Of a DNA stretch of 64,000 nt, positions 46,930-55,337 are shown in pieces. Below the pieces are notes generated by a model. It did no database searches, was not told where the DNA came from, and worked only from the letters and a program-made list of their open reading frames with translations. The DNA is from a virus, in IMG/VR virus record IMGVR_UViG_3300045988_082633. One strand, given 5' to 3'. Made by a program: the position numbers and the translations under genes. The first letter of the stretch is position 1. The number at the start of each line of letters is the position of its first letter.

Positions 46930-47502
46930 TTATTCAAAATCATCATCTGGTTCTGTATCAGTTTGTTTTTCGAAAACAAAATAAATTTTATTATCTTCTA
47001 ACGCACTATTGTCTTTAGCTACTTCATAATCATCTTCTGTCATTTCTGCAAAAGCATATCCATTAAGATTTGTTTCAAGTATAGTAAGACGTTTTGTACA
47101 ATCTACAATAGCACCAGCAAGTTTTAAAGCTTCTTGTTGATCTTTAGAAAGAAGTTCAATAGCATCAAGAGCTTGTTTAGAAAGAACTACTGCATCTTTT
47201 ACAGTATCATTAAATTCATATTGTTTATTCCAAAGTTCTGTAAGAAATTTTTGGGTCATTGACCTAAAACTATCTGTACCAAAATTTTCAGTAAGTGGTA
47301 TTCTATTTGTACCAATACTTAATGGTTGCCAATATTTATCATTAAAAATATCTATACCTACAGGAACAGGACGTCTTGATATATAACTATTACCTGTTTT
47401 ACTATCAAAGACACATGATAATCTATCATAGGCTTTAGTATTATCAAATGCTCCTTCAAATGTAGGTGCAACTTTACCTAAATTTTCAATCACTGATTTC
47501 AT
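46930..47502 (-). CDS. hypothetical structural-module protein (190 aa)
   Basis: Co-directional ORF that overlaps its upstream neighbour by 17 nt. Confidence 0.6.
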   Translation of the reverse strand: MKSVIENLGKVAPTFEGAFDNTKAYDRLSCVFDSKTGNSYISRRPVPVGIDIFNDKYWQPLSIGTNRIPLTENFGTDSFRSMTQKFLTELWNKQYEFNDTVKDAVVLSKQALDAIELLSKDQQEALKLAGAIVDCTKRLTILETNLNGYAFAEMTEDDYEVAKDNSALEDNKIYFVFEKQTDTEPDDDFE

Positions 47503-48250
47503 AATGTAAATCTTTAGTTACAACATCAACTTCTCCTTTATAATGTACTACTACCATAAAGTTATGAGTAGTATTTATTTCTATATTAGTACAAGTTAGA
47601 AATGATGTTACTTGTTCACCGTCAAAATAATAATCAATAGTTACAGCTGTAGGTTTTAAAACACGTCCATCATAATAAAATTTAATATCTGCACATGCGG
47701 TTGCAATACCATCAACAATATCATAACGAGGTTCCATTTCTACATAAAGTCCTTTATCTTTAACTTCTTCTGTATCTATAGGAGTGTTATGTGTAGGATC
47801 TGTGTCTTCAGAACCAAGATGAAAATGTTCATCAAATCCATTGTTAAACTTATGTTCAAGAAGTTCACCATCTTCTGGATTTATTTCAAATTTAGGTCTT
47901 TCTCCACAACTAACAATAGCTTTTAAATGACCAGTTTCATCTACAGGGAAGACAAAACTAGTAGAATTATCTTTATTCTTATAAAGTTGATTTAATTTAG
48001 CCTTAATATATTTAATAAGTAAAGCTGCAAGTTTGTCATTTCCAAGTTTTCTTGCTGCTACTGCACTATTAAACATATTAAAACATTCAATAACTCCACT
48101 ATTTTTATCACTACAACTAGCTTTACAATCTTGTAACATTTCCATACCATAGTCAGCTAGTAAACTAAGTATTCTATGATAAACACAAATATAATCAGCA
48201 GGAACTGTTACATAAACATATTCAAGATCTATTTGTTTAAAATTACTCAT
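47486..48250 (-). CDS. hypothetical structural-module protein (254 aa)
   Basis: Co-directional ORF with a 4-nt overlap with the upstream gene. Confidence 0.6.
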   Translation of the reverse strand: MSNFKQIDLEYVYVTVPADYICVYHRILSLLADYGMEMLQDCKASCSDKNSGVIECFNMFNSAVAARKLGNDKLAALLIKYIKAKLNQLYKNKDNSTSFVFPVDETGHLKAIVSCGERPKFEINPEDGELLEHKFNNGFDEHFHLGSEDTDPTHNTPIDTEEVKDKGLYVEMEPRYDIVDGIATACADIKFYYDGRVLKPTAVTIDYYFDGEQVTSFLTCTNIEINTTHNFMVVVHYKGEVDVVTKDLHYEISD

Positions 48251-48480
48251 GATGTATAAATTTTATTATAAAGAACTTCAATAGCCTTTTGTTGTTCACT
48301 ACTAAAAACATCTATGTTTTCAAAAGCATGAAGCAGTATGCTACTCCATTCTTGCTTAATTCTTTTATTTTTATTAACAATATAACCTTGAGCAGACAAG
48401 GCTACAGTAGTATGAGAAATACTTATAGCTTTCTGCTCAAGGTTACTTATTGCAATAGTTTTTATAGCTTCATCATACAT
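48247..48480 (-). CDS. hypothetical small protein (77 aa)
   Basis: Co-directional and tightly packed with its neighbours. Confidence 0.5.
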   Translation of the reverse strand: MYDEAIKTIAISNLEQKAISISHTTVALSAQGYIVNKNKRIKQEWSSILLHAFENIDVFSSEQQKAIEVLYNKIYTS

Positions 48481-48492
48481 AAGAACGTCTTA

Positions 48493-49116
48493 TTAATGAT
48501 TAAGAATTTTATTTTTAATATAAATTGAATACTCTTCAGAAATAAGATTAAGTTTGAGATTTAACTGTCTTATTCTATCAAGAGCTGTACCGCCATTATA
48601 TATAATAGCAATACATTCATCAGTTATGTCGTCTATCCATTGTTCTTTTATTTTTGTAGCAACATTAACAGAATCATGTTCGTATGCTGAAAATGTAGAA
48701 TAAATAGTATAATAACCGGTACTAACAGTTTTATAAATATTTTGTGTTACATTATCTCTATTAGTTTCAATATTGTTATGTATAATTGTATCAATACATT
48801 GGTCTAATATAACAGATTTAAAACTTAGAAAAGAAGTTGTAACAACATTGCTTATTCTATCACATTCTTTTTGTTCAGTATCTTGAATAGTTTTATCTAA
48901 AACTTGATTAAGTTTAACTACATTTTCACTAATTTCTTTTATTGCAGACGCCATTTGAAGCAATGGCTTATTTTTGTCTTTAGACTTATAAAGATCTACA
49001 AGTTTGATAATTAAAGTGTATAATATAAAAACACTACTTGAAATCAAAATTGTAATATAAGATGAATTTTTAACGGCATCACTAACTATATCATTTACTG
49101 TTTGTAATTCATCCAC
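48493..49116 (-). CDS. hypothetical protein with an N-terminal TM segment (207 aa)
   Basis: SSYITILISSVFILYTLIIKLV is hydrophobic. The gene follows the hairpin at 49132-49168. Confidence 0.55.
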   Translation of the reverse strand: MDELQTVNDIVSDAVKNSSYITILISSSVFILYTLIIKLVDLYKSKDKNKPLLQMASAIKEISENVVKLNQVLDKTIQDTEQKECDRISNVVTTSFLSFKSVILDQCIDTIIHNNIETNRDNVTQNIYKTVSTGYYTIYSTFSAYEHDSVNVATKIKEQWIDDITDECIAIIYNGGTALDRIRQLNLKLNLISEEYSIYIKNKILNH

Positions 49117-49131
49117 AATTTTTAGATGTTT

Positions 49132-49168
49132 AAGTGTACCCTGTCTATTTATAAAACAAGGTACACTT
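49132..49168 (-). terminator. hairpin after the 288-aa gene (attenuator/terminator candidate, weak U-tract)
   Basis: aagtgtacc (49132-49140) pairs with ggtacactt (49160-49168), and the stem can be extended by tgt/aca. It sits between the stop at 49180 and the next start at 49116. Confidence 0.35.
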
Positions 49169-49179
49169 AATTTAATACT

Positions 49180-50046
49180 TTATCCTTTACCAGTTTCAGC
49201 TGCAACAGTTGAAAGACCAAAAATTGTATCAAGAGTTGTAATCGCAGCAGCTCCAACAGGAACTGCAATATGTACAATTTGATATACAACTTCATCACGC
49301 TGCTTTGCTGAAATACGAGGAACAGCAAAACGAAGAGTGTAAAGAGTATATTGGTCTTCACTTACAACTTCAGGATAACCAGGATAAATCTCTTTACCAT
49401 CTTCACCAGTATAATTAAAGCCTTTACCAGCAGCACAACGAGAAGCCAAATCTTGAATATCAGCTTTATCAAGTTCTGCTTTCTTGCCATGTGTTACCTC
49501 AGTAGGAGTAACATCTATGAGACCATCAGCACCAAGAACTTCAAAATCTTTTCCAGCTTCAACAGCTGTAATTGTAATAGCACCACCTGTATTTGATGCT
49601 TCTACACCAAGATTATACTTATTACCATTAATTTGACTAACAATCTGCTTAGCTACATCAGCCGCAGTTGTAGTTGTTGCCATAGTGGTAAATGTCCAAT
49701 TACTACGTTCATTAAATACAGTACCTTTCTTAACTATAACTACAGTATAATGTGTACCTTTTTCTGGAGTAGGAACTGTAATTTTAGCAGTAAATGTTTT
49801 AGACGCTTCATAAGAAGCCTTAGTAACTTGAAGAGATTTAACATCTACTTCAGGAAACATAAGAGGCATTTTACCTGTAGCACGTCCTACTACAATAGAA
49901 AAATTATCAGTAGGAGCAGCTGTAAGCAATGAACCATCACTCAAAGAAAAGAGAGCAATAGTTCCTTCTGGAACTGTAGTAAGATCAGTAGCTTTAGCAG
50001 TAGTTGTAGCATAAGCATTTTTCTTACAAATAAATAATTGTTTCAT
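49180..50046 (-). CDS. abundant-looking capsid-module protein (288 aa), possibly an auxiliary or decoration protein
   Basis: Ala/Thr/Val-rich protein with higher local G+C, like the capsid gene, and followed by a hairpin. The functional guess rests on position only. Confidence 0.4.
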   Translation of the reverse strand: MKQLFICKKNAYATTTAKATDLTTVPEGTIALFSLSDGSLLTAAPTDNFSIVVGRATGKMPLMFPEVDVKSLQVTKASYEASKTFTAKITVPTPEKGTHYTVVIVKKGTVFNERSNWTFTTMATTTTAADVAKQIVSQINGNKYNLGVEASNTGGAITITAVEAGKDFEVLGADGLIDVTPTEVTHGKKAELDKADIQDLASRCAAGKGFNYTGEDGKEIYPGYPEVVSEDQYTLYTLRFAVPRISAKQRDEVVYQIVHIAVPVGAAAITTLDTIFGLSTVAAETGKG

Positions 50047-50069
50047 TACTTTCTATATTTATTGGTTAA

Positions 50070-50999
50070 TTATTGTTGTTGTTGAGCATTACCTTCATTA
50101 CGATAATTATTTCTCATATTCTCTTGACGAGCATTTTGTTCTTGAGCTTGTGCCGCCATCATAGAACCACTAATAGCAGTACGATACAAATCAACAGCAT
50201 GTTTAACTATATCAATGTGCATATATTCAGGCAAGTCACAATTTACATTTTTTCCACCAACATCTTCTTTATACATAACAGTAGCAGGTTTTGCTATGTA
50301 AGACATACGAAGTTGATAAGGAAGAAGCTTATTTGAAAGAAAATATCCATTACCATCTATGTCTTCTGTAAATTTATCAATGTAAAGGTCAAATATGTTC
50401 TTTCTTTTTGTCTCCTCTAAAGAACTAATGTCAGTACTATATGAGACAATAATAGGACTTCTTAATCTTGGTTTAAGAACAAAATCGTTAAGAGTATCAG
50501 CTAGAAAACTATCATCTATAATACGAACAGGAAAGAAATTTGTAACAAGATCATCATTATCATATGTAACAGATGTAAAGTCATTAGAATTACCACTATA
50601 TCCTGTAATACATACCTTGTAATTTAATGAAAAATCTACAAGAAACATATATTCCGGAATAGGTTTCTTAACTACTTCAAAATTAGTACTCATACGACCA
50701 GTTTGTACATCAGAAGCAGAAAAAGCAAAACTTACAAACTGCTGTTGTCTTGGAAGCATATCTATAATAGCAACATGATACAATGAACGAAGTGCATTTA
50801 TCTGTCCTATTTTAGAATTATCTGTAATTACTCTATCGTTAGTAATACCAATATTCTGTTTTATGACCTCGTTAACAGCATCCATAATAGAAGTGTTAAT
50901 GAGCAAATCAATCTGTTCAGGAAGAATAGCTCGATGATTTTGCATACCCATTTGTTGAGCATACTGTCTAAACATGATGTGCATCTCGGGTATTTCCAT
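50070..50999 (-). CDS. capsid/connector module protein, function unknown (309 aa)
   Basis: Co-directional ORF two genes downstream of the capsid gene. Confidence 0.55.
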   Translation of the reverse strand: MEIPEMHIMFRQYAQQMGMQNHRAILPEQIDLLINTSIMDAVNEVIKQNIGITNDRVITDNSKIGQINALRSLYHVAIIDMLPRQQQFVSFAFSASDVQTGRMSTNFEVVKKPIPEYMFLVDFSLNYKVCITGYSGNSNDFTSVTYDNDDLVTNFFPVRIIDDSFLADTLNDFVLKPRLRSPIIVSYSTDISSLEETKRKNIFDLYIDKFTEDIDGNGYFLSNKLLPYQLRMSYIAKPATVMYKEDVGGKNVNCDLPEYMHIDIVKHAVDLYRTAISGSMMAAQAQEQNARQENMRNNYRNEGNAQQQQ

Positions 51000-51014
51000 A
51001 TCTCTTACTTTTAA

Positions 51015-52103
51015 TTAGAACATTTTAAGTTTATTTTCGTAAAGTTCTTTCATATCCTTATTGTCAGGATTATTAAAGAAAGCTACAGCTCCATTCATAT
51101 TAGAACCAATTAGAGTACCATCTGCTGTAGAAATCTGCTGATTAAATTCAGAACGAATAAGTTCTCCACGAACAATCAAAGTTTCAATGAAAGCACGAGT
51201 AACAATATTTTTATCAGCAAACAACTTGTTAAACTTATCAGGATGTGTATTTACATAATCCATAAGATAAGAAGTCTTTTCACTATCAGTTTTGATAAGA
51301 GCTTCTGATACATTCTCGTTTCTAGATGCAACAATAGCAACATATACAGCATTACGTTTTGTAGGAGATGCGTTAAGTTCAATAAAGTTACGCATAGCTT
51401 GCATACGATATTCTGTAAGTTTCTTTTGCTTTTCAGCTTCTTTAGCTTCGTCCTTAATATAAAAACGAATAGAAGGATCTGAATTAACAACAGCTGTATC
51501 TTTTGCTACATCTTTATAAAGAAGACAATGACGATAAATAATATATTGTTCAAGATTTACTGGATGGCCAATCTTATATTTTTCGCTTTCAAGAGTATTA
51601 AGAGCATCTACACGCCTTTTAATAGCCTCTTTAATTGCAGAAAGATTAGTCCTATCTACTTTTGCATAATTTTCATCAATAGCATCTTCTTTCTTTTTGA
51701 AATCAAGATAATCTTTCTTTGTATTGTAAACAAAAGAAATGTCCAAAGGAACATCATTTTCATTTACAACAAATTGAATGTTACTAAGCCAAGCTTTAAC
51801 TCTACTTGTAAAATCAGCATGGTTAGGTGATAGACCTACAAGTGCAGGAAAATAGGCATTTACTTCTCCAGAATTAGAAGAAAGAACTCGACAAGAAGTA
51901 ATAGAACTACCAATAGTTTCTTTACGTTGACCGAGAACTTTCATATTTACTTTACGATAATTTGAATAATTATGAACAAGACTAATAACAATAGTTCTCT
52001 TATCCACATATTCTTTAGTTAAATCTTCGTTATTTGCGTCACTACCACCTAACTGTTCTTGAACTTTAGTAGGACTACTTTGTATATTTGTTTTAATATC
52101 CAT
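51015..52103 (-). CDS. capsid module protein, function unknown (362 aa)
   Basis: Co-directional ORF immediately downstream of the capsid gene. Confidence 0.55.
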   Translation of the reverse strand: MDIKTNIQSSPTKVQEQLGGSDANNEDLTKEYVDKRTIVISLVHNYSNYRKVNMKVLGQRKETIGSSITSCRVLSSNSGEVNAYFPALVGLSPNHADFTSRVKAWLSNIQFVVNENDVPLDISFVYNTKKDYLDFKKKEDAIDENYAKVDRTNLSAIKEAIKRRVDALNTLESEKYKIGHPVNLEQYIIYRHCLLYKDVAKDTAVVNSDPSIRFYIKDEAKEAEKQKKLTEYRMQAMRNFIELNASPTKRNAVYVAIVASRNENVSEALIKTDSEKTSYLMDYVNTHPDKFNKLFADKNIVTRAFIETLIVRGELIRSEFNQQISTADGTLIGSNMNGAVAFFNNPDNKDMKELYENKLKMF

Positions 52104-52132
52104 TGTTCTATAATATTACTGATTATTACTAA

Positions 52133-53608
52133 TTAGATTACACACTTCAAATGGAACATCTTAGTTGCATTATTCACTTGAAGACCATAACTGTTCTTAA
52201 TTTCATAACGAGACATGTCAATTTCTGTAGAAATTGAATTATTAGGAACAGAACCCCAAGAAGCAGGAATATCTGTAAGACCTTTCAAAATACCAATCTT
52301 ATAAATTTGACCTGTTTGACGAATCTTACGAACATTACGAACACCTTGATAAGTAGAAAGGTCAATAAGGAATGCTTGATGTGAAGTAATAGGACGACCT
52401 GTACGAGGATGAACCATACCATTAGCCTTAGCATTCTCTGCAAGAGTACCTGTATCAAGGAAAGGCAAATGTTTAACAGTAATAATATGTCCATCTACAG
52501 TTTTATAACGACGGAAATACTTACCATAAGAAAGACCACCTTCAAAATCTTCCATCATCTTATCTCCAAGAGGTGTAGCAAATCCTTCAGAACGAGCTTC
52601 ATTACGGATAGCCATATCAAAGTCTTCCATAAAACCTTTACCACCCATAAGAACAACCTCCATAGAACCAGTATCAGTGTCCTTGTCAAGAATATCACCT
52701 ACTGTACGTTCAATCTTATTCAAAGTAAGAACTTCACCGTAAGTATCGTAATTAGATTCACGACAAATCTGCATCATACCAGCAGTATGAGGAATTGGTT
52801 GACCATTATCTGGATCAATAAGAAGAACTTCACCATTCTCATTACGGTTATATTCTGCAAGCCATAGACGCTCTTCGTCCATAATACGACAAGTAATATC
52901 ATGTTGACGCATTTCTTCATTAATCCAAAGGTTAGTAGTACCACCACCTTTAGTCTTAAACTCATAAGTTACAACAACATTAGAAATATTACCTGCAATT
53001 TCCTTAGAATAACGATGGAACTCAAGTTGACTAGTCATCTTACCAGGACCCATAACATTGCTTCTATTACCCTTAGAATAAGATTCACTAATAGTAGGAG
53101 CAGTCATAGACCAATACTTACCAACAGCAAGATTAGCAGGATCTACATACATATTAGGATCAGGAGTAGTAAGTTTAAGACGATAAAGATAACCACCATG
53201 AGGACCTTCACCAAGATCTTTCATAATACGAACTTGCGTTACGCCATCAGGAGCAATAAGACCATACTGTTCAATAAGCCAATGAGTAGCAAATTCTACC
53301 TCAAACATAGCACCGCCTTTACCAGGTGTAGTATTAGCAGTGTTAAAATAAATAACATAATCATTGAACTTCATGCGGCCCATAGTCTTCCAAGTCCACT
53401 GAACAGTTTTAATGTCTTTAACACCAGCACTACCTTGACCTTCAGTAAGGAATGTCAAAGGAAATCTATCATCATCCATACCATAAGTATAGGTGAGAGT
53501 ATTGTTAATCTCCTCTGGCTTAGACAACATAAGATGAGCAATAGTCTCTTCATTAGAATAACCACGGTCATCATAATTACCACGAGATACTTCTCTAAGT
53601 TTATACAT
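52133..53608 (-). CDS. major capsid protein candidate (491 aa)
   Basis: The call rests on the order terminase, portal, scaffold-like gene, then this gene. Its size fits crAss-like HK97-fold capsid proteins, and its G+C is noticeably higher and codon choice more uniform than in flanking genes. No motif-level proof is possible by eye. Confidence 0.6.
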   Translation of the reverse strand: MYKLREVSRGNYDDRGYSNEETIAHLMLSKPEEINNTLTYTYGMDDDRFPLTFLTEGQGSAGVKDIKTVQWTWKTMGRMKFNDYVIYFNTANTTPGKGGAMFEVEFATHWLIEQYGLIAPDGVTQVRIMKDLGEGPHGGYLYRLKLTTPDPNMYVDPANLAVGKYWSMTAPTISESYSKGNRSNVMGPGKMTSQLEFHRYSKEIAGNISNVVVTYEFKTKGGGTTNLWINEEMRQHDITCRIMDEERLWLAEYNRNENGEVLLIDPDNGQPIPHTAGMMQICRESNYDTYGEVLTLNKIERTVGDILDKDTDTGSMEVVLMGGKGFMEDFDMAIRNEARSEGFATPLGDKMMEDFEGGLSYGKYFRRYKTVDGHIITVKHLPFLDTGTLAENAKANGMVHPRTGRPITSHQAFLIDLSTYQGVRNVRKIRQTGQIYKIGILKGLTDIPASWGSVPNNSISTEIDMSRYEIKNSYGLQVNNATKMFHLKCVI

Positions 53609-53645
53609 ACTTATTAAAGTTAAAAATTAAACATTAAAAAATTTA

Positions 53646-54929
53646 TTAAAGAATTATATCATCCATGTTTGTCTTACCATCTTGTTTTTTAACAAGTTTA
53701 ACAGTTTTAGTAGAACGATTTTGTTTAGATTTGACAATAAGTTTACGAACTTCGTTTTCCTTAACTGCCATATCAATCAAATCTTTATAAGTTCCTCCTG
53801 TAAACATAAGCCAAGCATCGAGCATTTCACGAGCCATATATTCATCATCAGTAAGTTCAGCTAAATCTCTCTGATACCCTGTAATCTTACTACCATCTTC
53901 TTTTTCTACTGAAGCATTAGAAATATAATTAAAGAAATCATTAGGAGTAATAACTACTTTTTTACCATTAATTTCTTTTGTAAAACTATCAGGAATTTTA
54001 TAACCGTTAATAACACGTCCATTAATCATATTATTAACTTTTTCCCAATATGCTTTAAGATCTTCTGCTTCTTGTTGACGTTGAGCAGCAGCTTGTGTTT
54101 CAATATCTTTACGATATGCTTTATCTTTATCAACAAGAGCTGCAAGTTGAGTTTTAGCCTCATCATAAAGACTTCCGCTATCTCGAAGATATTTAATATA
54201 GTTATCATTAAGACTCTTATTACCGAACTCAGCAGCAGCCATCTTAATTACAGCAACAAGTTGACTTTCATTATCTTTATCTAATGTAATTCCACTACGA
54301 TCTGGAATATCACCAAAACCTTTAGGAGTACCTTTAAGCTGTACATAGTCTTGGAATTGTTTAAGAAGAGGATTATCTTGATAAAGACGATTGATTGCTG
54401 CTTGTTGAAGTTCATTAGAACGAAGATTTATAACAGAATCAATATAAGATTTAACTCCATTTGCATCTTCTGTAAACTCAATAGGAGTTCCATTTTCATC
54501 GTTTATCGTAATACCTACTGCTTCTTGAATAGAAGAAAGACTGAGTGGTTCGTTATCACTACTATCGTTAATATCAACTGTTTTAAGCCACTCAGCTACA
54601 TCTGCTGCTGCTTTAAAAACATTTCCTTCAGCATCAACAACGTCTCCATTTTCAGAAACAGTATAAGTAACACCATCAACCTCAATTTGATCTCCAACAT
54701 TTAGCTCCCCCGTAGAAGCGTCGCCATTACCATTGTTGTTGTCATTGCCATTGTTGTTACCATCTTTATTGTTATTACTATCTGTAGTAGGATCATTAAT
54801 ATCTACTGTATCATTACCATTAAGATGAGTAACATCATCTTGATTATTTTGAGCACCACCATTATTGTTGTTATCGGTGTTAGTATTTTGACTACCTGCT
54901 CCTTCAAAATCAATGTCTGTAACTGCCAT
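53646..54929 (-). CDS. scaffold-like protein with an Asn/Gly/Asp low-complexity N-terminus (about 427 aa from ATG at 54929; the track ORF starts at GTG 54977)
   Basis: The gene lies between portal and capsid. It is acidic and helical, with coiled-coil-like stretches (AAAQRQQEAEDLKAYWEKV). The -7 box of the promoter overlaps the GTG listed in the track, so MAVTDIDFEG (ATG 54929) is the more likely start. It carries motif copy 12. Confidence 0.4.
   Translation of the reverse strand: MAVTDIDFEGAGSQNTNTDNNNNGGAQNNQDDVTHLNGNDTVDINDPTTDSNNNKDGNNNGNDNNNGNGDASTGELNVGDQIEVDGVTYTVSENGDVVDAEGNVFKAAADVAEWLKTVDINDSSDNEPLSLSSIQEAVGITINDENGTPIEFTEDANGVKSYIDSVINLRSNELQQAAINRLYQDNPLLKQFQDYVQLKGTPKGFGDIPDRSGITLDKDNESQLVAVIKMAAAEFGNKSLNDNYIKYLRDSGSLYDEAKTQLAALVDKDKAYRKDIETQAAAQRQQEAEDLKAYWEKVNNMINGRVINGYKIPDSFTKEINGKKVVITPNDFFNYISNASVEKEDGSKITGYQRDLAELTDDEYMAREMLDAWLMFTGGTYKDLIDMAVKENEVRKLIVKSKQNRSTKTVKLVKKQDGKTNMDDIIL
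54702..54725 (-). repeat. GC-rich dispersed motif, copy 12 (GGGGGAGCTA family)
   Basis: Plus strand TAGCTCCCCCGTAGaagcgtcgcc. It lies inside the scaffold-like ORF and is read G-D-A-S-T-G-E-L-N. Confidence 0.9.
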
Positions 54930-54976
54930 AATTTTATTACTATTTTTAGGATTATTATTAGAATATCTAATCATCA

Positions 54977-55007
54977 CAAAGATAATACTTTTTGTTTTAG
55001 CTACAAA
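54977..55007 (-). promoter_or_regulatory. canonical Bacteroides-type promoter (TTTG-N19-TATCTTTG) ahead of the scaffold-like/capsid genes
   Basis: On the minus strand, TTTG is the complement of 55004-55007 and TATCTTTG the complement of 54977-54984, separated by a 19-nt spacer. Confidence 0.65.
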
Positions 55008-55149
55008 ATAAATTTGAAGATTTTTAGCAATAATATCACTAAAAATAATATGTTTTGTATTATTACTGCCAACATTAGATACAATAAAGGTTAGTGAAAT
55101 GCCGATATTTAATAGAGTGCTGCCAATGAAAAATATGTCTCAGATAGTG

Positions 55150-55243
55150 TCAAATTTGGCCTGTGTTGCTTTAAAATTAGATAAGTGAACAACTATATTA
55201 GTCAGTAAATAGAATGGCTTAAACAGCTTAAAAATATATGGAA
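55150..55243 (+). repeat. AT-rich intergenic element B (AAATTTGGC...AAGTGA...AGTCAGTAAATAGAATGGCTTAAACAGCTTAAAAATATAT)
   Basis: The GGCTTAAAC core is at 55216-55224. Block caaatttggcctgtgttgc is at 55151-55169. The AAGTGA block sits at the same offset as in A, and the 16 nt before the core match element D at 13 of 16 positions. Confidence 0.7.
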
Positions 55244-55290
55244 TAAAATAAAATAGTCTTCTTAATAATCATAAAGACTATTAAGAAGAC
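55240..55290 (-). terminator. intrinsic terminator after the portal gene
   Basis: gtcttcttaataatc (55256-55270) pairs with gactattaagaagac (55276-55290): 15 bp with one mismatch and loop ataaa. On the minus strand it is followed by TATTTTATTTTATT. Confidence 0.75.
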
Positions 55291-55337
55291 ACAGAGTAGT
55301 TTGAAAATGCACTATACTACTAAGTAATTAGAAATAT

